A stretch of DNA of 62,325 bases, the filler included. It is 6 parts of 6 records of this genome, joined end to end, with 100 filler letters (N's around TTAATTAATTAA, not from the genome) between each part and the next. Parts side by side here need not be neighbours in the genome. Positions count along the whole stretch, not along the records: positions 46,270 to 55,716 come from SRR31147125_5719; positions 55,817 to 62,325 come from SRR31147125_5753; 4 more parts are not named here. One strand, given 5' to 3'. Shown here piece after piece: positions 49,638 to 60,213 of the stretch. The notes under the pieces are model-generated. The model had not been told where the DNA came from. It was given only the letters and a program-made list of their open reading frames with translations, and made no database searches. Position numbers and translations under genes: made by a program. Positions within the stretch are counted from its first letter, which is position 1; every line of letters begins with the position of its first letter.

Positions 49638-51002
49638 ATGACTTATCTAAAGAAAATATTTGCTATTATAGTAATTTTAGTTTTAGCCTTATCAGGCTGT
49701 ACAAGCGAAAATCAAGAAAGCGTAGAACTGGGAGCAGAATACCCTAAAGAGATGTTCCCTATTTATAAAGATGCTGTTGTATATAAATATGAGTTTGATA
49801 AAGGCATAATAGATGTTACATTTGGTACAGACGATAGTTATGAAAAGGTAAGCAAATATTATGAATTGCTCTTTGAACATAGCAAGTACGATGTTACAGT
49901 TGACAAGATGACAAATATCAGATATGTTTCTGCAGGTAAAACAAATCTTTATAAATACTTGCTGGAGGTCAATAAATCTGTACTTAGGAAAGACAAGAAA
50001 CTATACAATGCAATAGTTAACTTAAGGATAACCATAAATGATTTTGTTGTGGATAATTCTTTTAATTATACACCTACACCAGAGCTTGTAGAGAAAACAA
50101 CTCCGGCACCAACAAGTACTTTAGCGCCTACAGATACACTGGCACCAACAAGTACTCCAAGAATATCTAATGAAGAGGTAATATCCACAATAGATATTTT
50201 GGAAGATGAAATATCTATAGAGTGCTTGGAAGTAAAAGAAGAGGCAAAAGACGATAATAACAAGATTATATCAGTAAAGTTAAAAATAATAAACTACGGA
50301 GAAAATGAAACAGGGTATATATCTATTTCTGACTTTGTATTGATAGGCGAGGATGGTGTTTCATATCACAGCGATATGGCAGACGGTATTTTTGCAAGCG
50401 GTGTGAATATATTGTCTGGTGGTTATTGTATAGATACTATTAATTTCGTCGTAGGAAAAGATACTATTTACTCTGTGCTTGCAATGCCTGAAGGATTAGG
50501 CAATAGAGTAACAAACAATTACGATTTGGAACTTGCACCCCTATCACCTCCTATGGATGCAGGCAAATATAATGAAGCTATTAAGGATGTTTATGATATC
50601 TCCCATATACCTACCTTTATAATCGGGCAAGAATATACAATAGATAATGCATTAACAGTAAAATTAAGTGATGCACAGTATTTCACTAATCATACTACAA
50701 ATAATATAGAAAACCTGATGTATACTTTCAACATGGAATTTACCAATATATCAGAAAATGTCATTATTCCTGTGGAACTTAGAGAATTTGTACTGTTTGA
50801 TATAATGCATAATATTATGATAAAGCCTACAGTAGATTTAACATCTTTTGAGGAATTGGCGTTTAATCCTGTGCAGGATGGGTTATCAGAAAACTATAAC
50901 ATTAGCTTTGAAGTCTTTGAACAGATTAGTGAAAATTATATGTGCTTAATGCTAGTTAATCCTAATCAGCAGGATAACCTAGTAATCTACAAAATAAGAT
51001 AA
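49638..51002 (+). CDS. Lipoprotein with DUF4352-like Ig domains
   Basis: Lipobox LSGC, Pro/Thr linker, two beta-rich domains. Confidence 0.7.
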   Translation: MTYLKKIFAIIVILVLALSGCTSENQESVELGAEYPKEMFPIYKDAVVYKYEFDKGIIDVTFGTDDSYEKVSKYYELLFEHSKYDVTVDKMTNIRYVSAGKTNLYKYLLEVNKSVLRKDKKLYNAIVNLRITINDFVVDNSFNYTPTPELVEKTTPAPTSTLAPTDTLAPTSTPRISNEEVISTIDILEDEISIECLEVKEEAKDDNNKIISVKLKIINYGENETGYISISDFVLIGEDGVSYHSDMADGIFASGVNILSGGYCIDTINFVVGKDTIYSVLAMPEGLGNRVTNNYDLELAPLSPPMDAGKYNEAIKDVYDISHIPTFIIGQEYTIDNALTVKLSDAQYFTNHTTNNIENLMYTFNMEFTNISENVIIPVELREFVLFDIMHNIMIKPTVDLTSFEELAFNPVQDGLSENYNISFEVFEQISENYMCLMLVNPNQQDNLVIYKIR

Positions 51003-51052
51003 AGTAATATATGTAAAAAAGCTGATAAATATTATACAATTAGGAGGCAACT

Positions 51053-51319
51053 ATGGATACAAATCATACAGTTAAATTTAACATAAGTAAAGAAGAAACA
51101 TCAGTTGAAGATATCTTAGGGCAGGTTTATTCCTCTTTATCAGAAAAGGGATATGATCCAATTAATCAACTAGTAGGATACATTATATCTGGAGATCCCA
51201 CCTATATAACCAGCTATAATAATGCTAGATATTTAATCAGACGTTTTGAACGTGATGAAATATTAGAAGAACTAGTTAAAGCATATATCAGTAAATTAGA
51301 ACAAGACAATCAAGAGTAG
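51053..51319 (+). CDS. ireB: IreB/ReoM (UPF0297) protein
   Basis: [23 protein letters not shown]. Confidence 0.93.
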   Translation: MDTNHTVKFNISKEETSVEDILGQVYSSLSEKGYDPINQLVGYIISGDPTYITSYNNARYLIRRFERDEILEELVKAYISKLEQDNQE

Positions 51320-51324
51320 AATAT

Positions 51325-51759
51325 ATGGTTAACTATACACGCCTTATGGGGCTGGATGTTGGGAAAAAGAGAATAGGAATAGCTTTGTCTGATCCTTTAG
51401 GGATAACAGCACAAGGACACGAAACATATTTACGGCAAAGTGCAGAAAAGGATATTGAGTATTATAAAAAGATTATAAAGGATTATAATGTTGAAAGAAT
51501 AATTGTAGGGCTGCCCAAGACTTTATCTGGGGAAATAGGCATTGCTGCAGAAGATATTATTAGATACTGCGATTATATAAAAGATAAACTGCCAGTGCCC
51601 ATAGTTATGTATGATGAAAGGATGTCATCAGCACATGCTCACAGATTGTTTGACGAGGGTAATATTAGGCACAAAAAAAGAAGAGGCTCTGTCGATATGG
51701 TGGCAGCCGCAATAATCTTGAGTGACTATATGAAAGGTGAAATATGCAAAGGCAGATAA
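51325..51759 (+). CDS. ruvX: RuvX/YqgF pre-16S rRNA nuclease
   Basis: GLDVGKKRIGIALSD, DERMSS, VDMVAA. Confidence 0.93.
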   Translation: MVNYTRLMGLDVGKKRIGIALSDPLGITAQGHETYLRQSAEKDIEYYKKIIKDYNVERIIVGLPKTLSGEIGIAAEDIIRYCDYIKDKLPVPIVMYDERMSSAHAHRLFDEGNIRHKKRRGSVDMVAAAIILSDYMKGEICKGR

Positions 51760-51989
51760 TCCAGCTAGAAAATGACGGAGAAAAGAAATCATTTGAGATT
51801 ATAATGATGTTTGATGATAACGATTCAAAATATGCAGCATTTTCTGATATAGAAGATGACAACAGCATAGTAATAATGAAAATGCTTGAATTTAATGGAG
51901 AATACGTTTTTGAGACTATTGAAAGCGAATTGAAGGCAAAGCAGTTGTTTGTGAAGTTTTCATCTCTTTTGGAAACAGAAGAAAGCTAA
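51744..51989 (+). CDS. DUF1292-like small acidic protein
   Basis: Conserved position after ruvX; acidic, 81 aa. Confidence 0.65.
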   Translation: MQRQIIQLENDGEKKSFEIIMMFDDNDSKYAAFSDIEDDNSIVIMKMLEFNGEYVFETIESELKAKQLFVKFSSLLETEES

Positions 51990-52008
51990 TCAACAACAAA
52001 GGAACAGT

Positions 52009-52821
52009 ATGAACAGTAATAAGATATCTGTATTAATTATAGATGATAACTTATCTTTTGCACAAACACTTAAGGAAAACCTAGAATCTACCAATATTTA
52101 TGAAGTAATAGATATAATTGATGACGGAGTTGCTGCACTTAAAACTGCATTTGAAAAAATGCCCAGAGTTATAATTGCGAACTTACTGATACCAAATCTT
52201 GACGCAAAAGAAATATGCTCAATGATAGAGCATATAGAAAAATATAATCCAGTTTATATAATATATTCATCAATTCATAATGACGATGAGATAAAAGAAA
52301 TTTTAAAAGGCGGAGTATCGCATTATTTTGTTAAGCCATTTGATATTGACATCTTTGTCAGCAGGATAAACTCATTATTAAATATAAAAACCAGTTCAAA
52401 ATTTTCCCTTGATTTTATTAATAATCCACAGAGTGATATATATATTGCTGAAACTACTAAACTATTAAGAAAAATGGGAATACCACCACATATTTCAGGA
52501 TATCACTATTTACGGGAAGCTATTATTCTAGCCGCGGAGGATTTTAATAGAATTAATACTATGATGGATAGCATCTATAAACCAATAGCATACAAAAACA
52601 AAAGTACTATTGCAAGAGTTGAGCGCTCTATGAGGCATGCAATAGAAGTAGCTTGTGACAGGTGCAGAGTACATGTATTAGAAGAGTTTTTCGGCAACAC
52701 AATAGACAGAAATAAGGACAAACCATCAAATAGAGAATTTATTGCTCTGTTTGCTGATAGAGTTTTGTTAAGTGTAGTATCAAGACGTAACGTAGAAAAC
52801 ATAGATAAAGAAATCAAATAG
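52009..52821 (+). CDS. Spo0A-like protein with degenerate receiver domain
   Basis: C-terminal GIPPHISGYHYLREAI...RVERSMRHAIEVA...KPSNREFIA; receiver has VIIANLLIP. Confidence 0.85.
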   Translation: MNSNKISVLIIDDNLSFAQTLKENLESTNIYEVIDIIDDGVAALKTAFEKMPRVIIANLLIPNLDAKEICSMIEHIEKYNPVYIIYSSIHNDDEIKEILKGGVSHYFVKPFDIDIFVSRINSLLNIKTSSKFSLDFINNPQSDIYIAETTKLLRKMGIPPHISGYHYLREAIILAAEDFNRINTMMDSIYKPIAYKNKSTIARVERSMRHAIEVACDRCRVHVLEEFFGNTIDRNKDKPSNREFIALFADRVLLSVVSRRNVENIDKEIK

Positions 52822-53568
52822 CTATACTTTTCTAGCTAAAAAGTGTATACGTTGTGATTTTCCATCAGGTTTTTCAAGAGTGATATCTTTATATGTAGCT
52901 ATTAGCTTAAAGCCCTGATTTTCAAGTAAAGAATTAAGTTCATCGACACTATGCCCTCTTTGAATGTGAATTTCAGTTGATCTTTTATAAATATCTTGTT
53001 TAACTTGGGTAAATAGAGTAATATCCATAGTCAAAAGATTAGTACTTTTGTCATAATCATTTGACCAAATGTAGGCAAAATCATCGCCCTCTTCAGCGAA
53101 AAAATCGTTATCCATATTTTTAAGCTTATATCTTGTGCTTATATCAAAAAGTAATAAGCCGTCTTTTTCTAAGTAATTACTGCAATTTTTAAAAAATTGC
53201 TCTGCATCCTCTAATGTTGTTAAATAATTAATTCCATCATTTATACAAGTAATTAATGAATAGTTTCTATGAGACTTAAAATAACGCATATCCTGAATAG
53301 TGTAATTAATATGCAGCCCTAGATTATGGGATTTTTCTTTAGCCAGTATAACCATATCAGAGGAGGTATCGATAGCATCCACAACATATCCGCTTTGTGC
53401 CATGAAAATTGATATATCTCCTGTTCCGCACCCACAGTCCAATACATCAGAGCCTAATTTTAAATTATTATCCCTTAAAATTTGTTCTATAAATTCATAC
53501 CATTTTTCAATTTGTTCATGTTCTCTGGATATATCGTAAATCAAGGATAAAGTTGAATATGTATTTAT
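52822..53568 (-). CDS. Class I SAM-dependent methyltransferase
   Basis: VLDCGCGTG, DGINYL; frame extends to an ATA at 53568 behind GGAGGG. Confidence 0.88.
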   Translation of the reverse strand: MNTYSTLSLIYDISREHEQIEKWYEFIEQILRDNNLKLGSDVLDCGCGTGDISIFMAQSGYVVDAIDTSSDMVILAKEKSHNLGLHINYTIQDMRYFKSHRNYSLITCINDGINYLTTLEDAEQFFKNCSNYLEKDGLLLFDISTRYKLKNMDNDFFAEEGDDFAYIWSNDYDKSTNLLTMDITLFTQVKQDIYKRSTEIHIQRGHSVDELNSLLENQGFKLIATYKDITLEKPDGKSQRIHFLARKV

Positions 53569-53615
53569 GGCACGTCCCTCCTAATTTTAGCCTTAAGGGC
53601 AGCTATACAAACGAA

Positions 53616-53854
53616 TTATCCAACATCCTCTTTATTCAAGTACGCTTTTTTAGATTCTTCCAATTCCTTTGCAGATTGCTTTTTCATCTGGCGTTTTTTT
53701 GCACTTAATAGGCCGCCTATTCGACCGGTTTCTGCCGCTGTAAGACCGCCCCACCCTAATGAATCTACTTTGCTGGATAGACCCAAGTTACTAGCTATTT
53801 CGTATTTTAAAATATCGTCTGCAGTTGGTTGTTTTTTTGTTTTTTTCTTTTCAT
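53616..53854 (-). CDS. Alpha/beta-type small acid-soluble spore protein (frameshift in N-terminal A run; absent from ORF track)
   Basis: LKYEIASNLGL...GWGGLTAAETGRIGG. Confidence 0.8.
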
Positions 53855-53918
53855 AAATATCACCTTGATATAGTATTGGTGAAAAACATTATAATATACA
53901 GCCAACTAAGAATTGTAA

Positions 53919-54776
53919 TTAATTGTCTTTATTACCTTGTTCTAACTCCTCGTCGTCTTCTTTAGTAGTATTCATAACTTTTGCAAACACATTTGTAGTA
54001 AAGGTAATCGTTAAATACATTCCAAATGCAATTCCAAAGAATACAAAATACAGTGCTAAAAAAATTAATCCAAACTTCCATACCGTTGAAAGAAGTAAAA
54101 GTAATACAAACGGTAGAAGTGTTAATAGAGGAGCAAGTATAGTAGTCTTTAGGGAACCAATAGTTAACAGCAGCGAATTTTTTATTACATGTTTTAGCTT
54201 CAATTCATAAGTCACCATCAGTGGGAAGGCGTACAGTGCAGACAAAAGTGTAAGGATATATACTACTAAAAATATCCCGCTCAATATCGCCATAGAGGAA
54301 TTTGTCTGTGTCATAACAGTGTAAAGGTATAGAATTAACTGACCAAAACACAGTACAATGCTGTAGATTAACATATATAATATTGCTTGCTTTGCATTAG
54401 ATTTGGTATGCTCTATAAAATCTTTCCAAAGCCAGACATGCTTATCCTGAGTAAAATTCTTTATGATATATGTAACACCAGCCAAAGGTGCTGCCAAAAT
54501 AAGCAGGCAGGGAATCAAGCCGACGGCATAAATTACCATATAAGATGCGCGCTCTAAATAGGCAAGTTCCAATGTGGTGGCAAAGTTAAGCCAAGTCCAG
54601 AATATTGTAGGCAGCATACATACAATCAATATTAGATTTATCTTTACCAGCTGACCGTATTGCACACCCAGAATATCGAAAAATAGCTTTACTTTACTTT
54701 CACTCTGTATGGCTTCTTTTGTATAATCAGGTTTATTTGACTTGCCATACATTAATCTGTTAAAAAAATTCTTCAT
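53919..54776 (-). CDS. YesL/DUF624-like membrane protein
   Basis: Multiple TM helices, YAFPLMVTYELKLKHVIKNSLLL. Confidence 0.75.
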   Translation of the reverse strand: MKNFFNRLMYGKSNKPDYTKEAIQSESKVKLFFDILGVQYGQLVKINLILIVCMLPTIFWTWLNFATTLELAYLERASYMVIYAVGLIPCLLILAAPLAGVTYIIKNFTQDKHVWLWKDFIEHTKSNAKQAILYMLIYSIVLCFGQLILYLYTVMTQTNSSMAILSGIFLVVYILTLLSALYAFPLMVTYELKLKHVIKNSLLLTIGSLKTTILAPLLTLLPFVLLLLLSTVWKFGLIFLALYFVFFGIAFGMYLTITFTTNVFAKVMNTTKEDDEELEQGNKDN

Positions 54777-54903
54777 ATTATAAGTCTTTCTATTTAATTT
54801 TATATTTAGCTCTGCTTTTTAGCATGGCTGTTATAATCTAGCTAGTTTCATATATACGCAAATATATGTGTAACGGTAAAACTTTTCATTCGATAATCGC
54901 TTA

Positions 54904-55716
54904 TTAAAACAATCCTACAATATTCCCATCACTGTCTATGTCTATACTGTTTGCACTAGGTACTTTTGGCAGACCAGGCATCCTTAAAATTCTTCCAGTA
55001 AGTACTACTATAAATCCTGCTCCATTGTTAAGTTTAACATTTCTTACCGTAATTTTAAAGTTTTTTGGGCTTCCCAGCAATTTAGGATTATCTGATAATG
55101 AGTATTGTGTTTTAGCAATACAAATCGGAAGATTAGATTTTCCTATTTTTTCAATAGTTTCAATAGCATTTTCCGCGTTTTCTAAATAATTGACACCATT
55201 AGCACCATAGTATTTGGCTATCGCACCTATTTTATCCTTAATCGAGGAATAAGAATCATACAAGAACCTTGGAGATTTGTTTTTATTTTTATGGATTGCA
55301 CTCATCACTTTTTTTGCTAAATCAACAGTTCCATCTCCTCCTTTTGCCCATGCATCGGATAAGGAAACTTCAACATCAAGTTTTTGACACAGGTCAAAAA
55401 TATGCTGCATTTCATTATCTGTGTCTGCAGCAAACTTATTGATTGCAACTACAACATTAGTATTAAAATTATTTTTTAGGTTTTTAATATGTGTTTCTAA
55501 ATTACTTAGTCCTAATTTAACAGCCTTATCATTTTCCTCTGACAGCTTGTCTTTTTCTACTCCGCCATGATATTTCAAAGCCCTTACAGTAGCAACTAAT
55601 ACGATAGCATCAGGATAGATATCAGCAGTTCTGCATTTAATATCAATAAACTTTTCTGCACCTAAATCCGCGCCAAAGCCAGCTTCTGTCACAACAACAT
55701 CAAACAATTTTAATCC
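54904..55716 (-). CDS. fhs: Formate-tetrahydrofolate ligase, C-terminal part
   Basis: VTEAGFGADLGAEKF, CIAKTQYSLSD, MPGLPKVP. Confidence 0.95.
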   Translation of the reverse strand, partial: GLKLFDVVVTEAGFGADLGAEKFIDIKCRTADIYPDAIVLVATVRALKYHGGVEKDKLSEENDKAVKLGLSNLETHIKNLKNNFNTNVVVAINKFAADTDNEMQHIFDLCQKLDVEVSLSDAWAKGGDGTVDLAKKVMSAIHKNKNKSPRFLYDSYSSIKDKIGAIAKYYGANGVNYLENAENAIETIEKIGKSNLPICIAKTQYSLSDNPKLLGSPKNFKITVRNVKLNNGAGFIVVLTGRILRMPGLPKVPSANSIDIDSDGNIVGLF

Positions 55717-55816
55717 NNNNNNNNNNNNNNNNNNNNNNNNNNNNNNNNNNNNNNNNNNNNTTAATTAATTAANNNNNNNNNNNNNNNNNNNNNNNNNNNN
55801 NNNNNNNNNNNNNNNN
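55717..55816. other. Artificial contig linker
   Basis: N44-TTAATTAATTAA-N44. Confidence 0.98.
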
Positions 55817-58800
55817 ATTTGTACAGTTAATTGTCGCATCCGGTCCTGCGTCAGCAGTAGGAACATTTTGGTCATTGTGTATAATTACATCTTCGGTGTC
55901 GGTGCAACTGTTAGCATCAGTTACCGTAACGGTATAAATTCCAGCTGTCAGATTTGTAGCCGTTTGCCCTGTTTGGCCATCGCTCCACTCAAAAGAGTAA
56001 GGTTCTTGACCTCCTGATGCAGAAGCAGTGGCTGAACCCAACGTTTCACCGTTGCAAAGTACATCCGTTTTAGAGTCTATTGCAGCAATAACAGAACAAC
56101 AATTCTCAACAATAATTTGAACAGAAGCAGAACCTTCACAATTGTTTGCATCAGTATAATTATATGTGATGGTATTCCTGCCAAGTAAAGTTTGCGAAGG
56201 TGTAAATACTGTATTATCTCCAATTTCAGAAAGACCGCCACCGGTAAATGTCCCGCCTTCAGGATATCCTATTAATGTTACTGCGTCATCTGTGGAACAA
56301 AGTGTACTATTCCCATTAATTGTTAATGTAACCTCTTCCACTGGTATTGCTTCAATAGTTTCAGTAAGAAGATTTATTATCTCACAATCGTTATTTTTTA
56401 CATCAATGGTATAGATGCCAGAAGCAAGATTATTAATTGTAGTTGTTGTTTCATTTGCTCCAAAAGATGTCCAGCTTCCTGAATTTAAAGAATAAGATAA
56501 GTTTGCAGAACTAGCTGAGTAAACAGTAGCATTTATTGTAATACTTCCATTGTCTTCTTCACATGTTGCATTTTCAGAACTTGAAGTTGCCTCAACTCCT
56601 TCAATACTAACATTAAAACTGCAGGTGTCTTTATATTCAGAAGAAGTTGATGAGTAAGTAGCAATATAACTAAGTAAAGAATCAGTTCCCATTGTAAAGA
56701 ATCCATATTGTGGTCCGCTTACAACGAAATCAATACCACTTGCACAATCGGTATCATTAATAATTCCATTAAATCTTATATTGTCTACAAAGTTCCCGTT
56801 TTTAGGTTTATTGCCATTGTTAACATGGAATACAATTTTTAATTTGTAGGTACCTTTTGTGGTATTGTTTGTTTGAAGTGAATAGGTAACATATTCTGTA
56901 GACGTAGATAATACTTTAGAATCTGCTATAGGTAAAGTATTGTCGTTTTCATCAATTAAATAGAGTTGTAAATCGAAATCTCCGTTATCTTTTAGAACAT
57001 CAATATCAACATCTGTATTCTGTTCAATAAAAACATAAGGAGTTGTAATTTCTGCGTCAAGACCAGTTCCATTACTTCCAAATAATTTAATATAACCACC
57101 ACTATTGTCTCCTGCTCTAATAGTATTGTTAAACGTCCAGCAATTATCTCCAAGTTGATTCTCGTTTAGTTCGAAAAGCATTTGAAAAGTATAACCATCT
57201 TGTCCGTCTCCTAAACAATTTAGTCCGAGATTTGGAGTATCCCAGTCTACATATGTTCCAGCTTCACCATTTACAATTTCGTCGGCACATACTGTAATGT
57301 CATCAGGGCAGTTGGTAATACCAATACTGCCCGAACTTACGTGAACTTCTATACTACTTGTACTTGAGCAGCTTCCATTGCTGACAGTAACTGTATATGT
57401 TTTAGTGAATTCATCTCCATCATAAGTAGGTATTTCTACATTTTGAGTAGTTCCCACGATTGTGCCTGTTTCATCCTCCCAACTCCAGGATGTGATTGTT
57501 GCATCACCACTTGTTTCATATAGAGAAATATTATTTCCTGCACAAACAAGATCTGTTCCATCAGCTTGTACTTCTGGAGTATCATACACCACAACATCTG
57601 TTGTTGCCGATGTTTGGCAATCGTAGTCATAGTCTACAGTTACCGTATATGTTCCCGCTGCCAGGTTTGTGGCGTTATCTATGAGAGGATTTTGTTCGTT
57701 CGATATAAAACCATCCGGCCCTGTCCATGAATAAGTGGCATTGTCGATGCTGGTAGCCGTTAGTTGAATATCATCTACTTCGCAAACGGGGGAATTGTTG
57801 CTTGCAGAAACGGTTTCAGTACAACATTCATCTTTTTCAATTTCACAAGATTCTGTAACGGCTCCATTACAATTTAATTCACCTTCCTCCTTCACATAGA
57901 CGGTATACGTGCCTTCAGAAAGGCCTGTGAAAGTGTTTGACGACTGATAATTTGAACCATCCAGACTGTAACTAAAATTTCCTGAGCCTCCGGTTGTGAT
58001 TATTTCTATTGAGCCAGAATTGTCAGGGGCACAATCATTATTTGTTGTGTTAACCGATGTGATTTGAATAGCATCGTAAATTGTAATAGTTACTGTTTCG
58101 TACTCTGAAGTTGCATCGCAATTACACGACGCGTTAACGTTTACAATCAAAGTCTCTTCATTATCCGATGTTCCATCAGATACAGCATAGTAAGGAATTA
58201 AAACCGAGTTTTCTCCTGCTGGAATTGTTACAGATGCTGGTAATTCTGTCCCGTCAAGAGTTAGAACATCAGAGCCATTAACAGCAGTACCATCATATAT
58301 TAGTTCATAAGTAACATCCGCAGTATTATCACCGGAGTTTCTTTCAATTACCAGTGTATTCTCGCAGTACCCCGGAGTGGTTTCAAAAATATCATTATTG
58401 TATGGTATACCTCCTCCAATATTATAAATGTTGACTTCGTTTGAAGTAAAACTGTTGGCCTCCAAAAAAACTCCGGCATCCCACTGTGCGTCACTAATGT
58501 CAGCAATTGCCAATTTTATATGATATGTATCGCATGGTGTTACTGGGTGTGTTGCAGATAAAACAGTTGTCATACCATCAAATTGCGTTGTTGCTGAGTT
58601 TTCTGCAGATGTATAGTCTTTGCCGCTTCCATTATCAATGTAATATGAAACATTTGAGGCATCGCAAGGGAAATCCCCCTTTTTCTTATCTTCGTAATTA
58701 AAGGCATCTGCTTCTGTAAACGCTCCATGAATATTGCTAATCGTAACTTCTGTTCCATCGGGTAATTTTGCCAGATTCGTTGGAGTGCTCCCAATATGAC

Positions 58801-59518
58801 CTCCACTTAAAAAGAAAACAAATGCATCATTAAATTTTGAACACGACCACTCTCTATATTCTTCCGAAGCAAAGATGTATTTGAATTCAATCGAATTGCC
58901 GGCAGGAACAAAATCGAATTCTAATATTGCAGCATCGTATGAATCATAGCCGGTTAAACTCTCTAAATCCGGATCTGTTTGATAAACAGAACTACTTTCC
59001 ATAAGGTCAGAACTTCCTGCATCGTTATTTGGTCCTTCGGCGCTTCCAATCTTCCCTGTAGAGAGTAATAATCCTTCCTCTAAAGGAAAATCCGAATTAC
59101 CTTTGTTAAAGTAACCTAATTGCCTTGTTTCTGGAGAAACTTCCAGATTATGATCTTGCCAATTACCATTTTGGTCGTAGAACCCAAATTTTATATTCAT
59201 TGCTTTCAAACAACCGGAAGTAAAAATCTTTTCGACCAATTCCTGGGCAGTATAATTATTATACGTTGAATTATTGGCAACTTCAATAGAACCAGAATTG
59301 TCAGTTGTTGATTTTAAAATAACAGCAGATTTTGTCGCTGTGTTTTCGTTTGCAATTCGAACAAAAGAATCTTCGTATTGGGCTTCTACTTGTCCCAAAG
59401 TCACAAAAAATAAGAAGAAAGTGAATAACAAGTTGTAAACTCTCTTCTTCCTACTGTTGTTATTTTCTTGATAACCACTGAATCGTGAAATCGTCTGGTT
59501 TAAGTAGAAATTTTTCAT
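55817..59518 (-). CDS. Large Cys-rich surface adhesin (choice-of-anchor L, Calx-like, SprB/PKD-like repeats; probable T9SS cargo), truncated
   Basis: DAAILEFDF..YIFASEEY..FND.F; GGxxPYSFEWSDG...LTAGIYTVTVTDANSC repeats. Confidence 0.82.
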
Positions 59519-60213
59519 ATCCTTTAATTTAATTTGGCTATAAAACATATGTTCAAATTAGCTTTGAGCGTCGCTGCTTTCTGTGTAAGCACTAATATTG
59601 CTTCTCAATATTAGTGGGTTTGTTAATTTGTCGTTCGATTTGAAATTTGCGGAAAGATGTAAATAACCCCTTATTTTTTATCCTCTTTAAATTTCTAATC
59701 TGTTTATCGCTTACGCAAATTATGACTTAATAACATAAAATCCAAATTTTTAATATGTCTTGCGTCTCGCCCATAGCGTAAAAATAAAAATGTTTAGTAC
59801 GTTCGTGTATTGTAAAACAATTGTTGTGCCGATATTTGTAATGTCCAGAAAATCAGAAGGAAAGGTGTTTTTGTTTTCTTGTTCGGGTGTTTCAATTTGG
59901 GACAAAACTCCCTGTGCGATAAAATAGACATGAAAAGATATCATTTATTCAGACATGGATTTAATCGTATTTTTTTTGAACTTTAGATGTTTATGAACAT
60001 GTATTGAATTTATTTATGTTAAACAATAAAAATGGTATACATAATACTATTCCGTACTCTTTTTGCAGCTATGAATAACACTAAACTTAATCGAATTGTT
60101 AGAATACTTTAATTAATAAAAATCGGTGTATTTTTCTATGAAGATGAGAATAGTTTGTTCGGTAATTATTTTACTTTTGAAAAGTTCTTAAAAAAATTTA
60201 AAATCTAAGTTTT

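Noticed and set aside
14703-55816. Five repeats of TTAATTAATTAA flanked by N runs
   Set aside because: Artificial contig-joining linker, not a biological repeat or CRISPR
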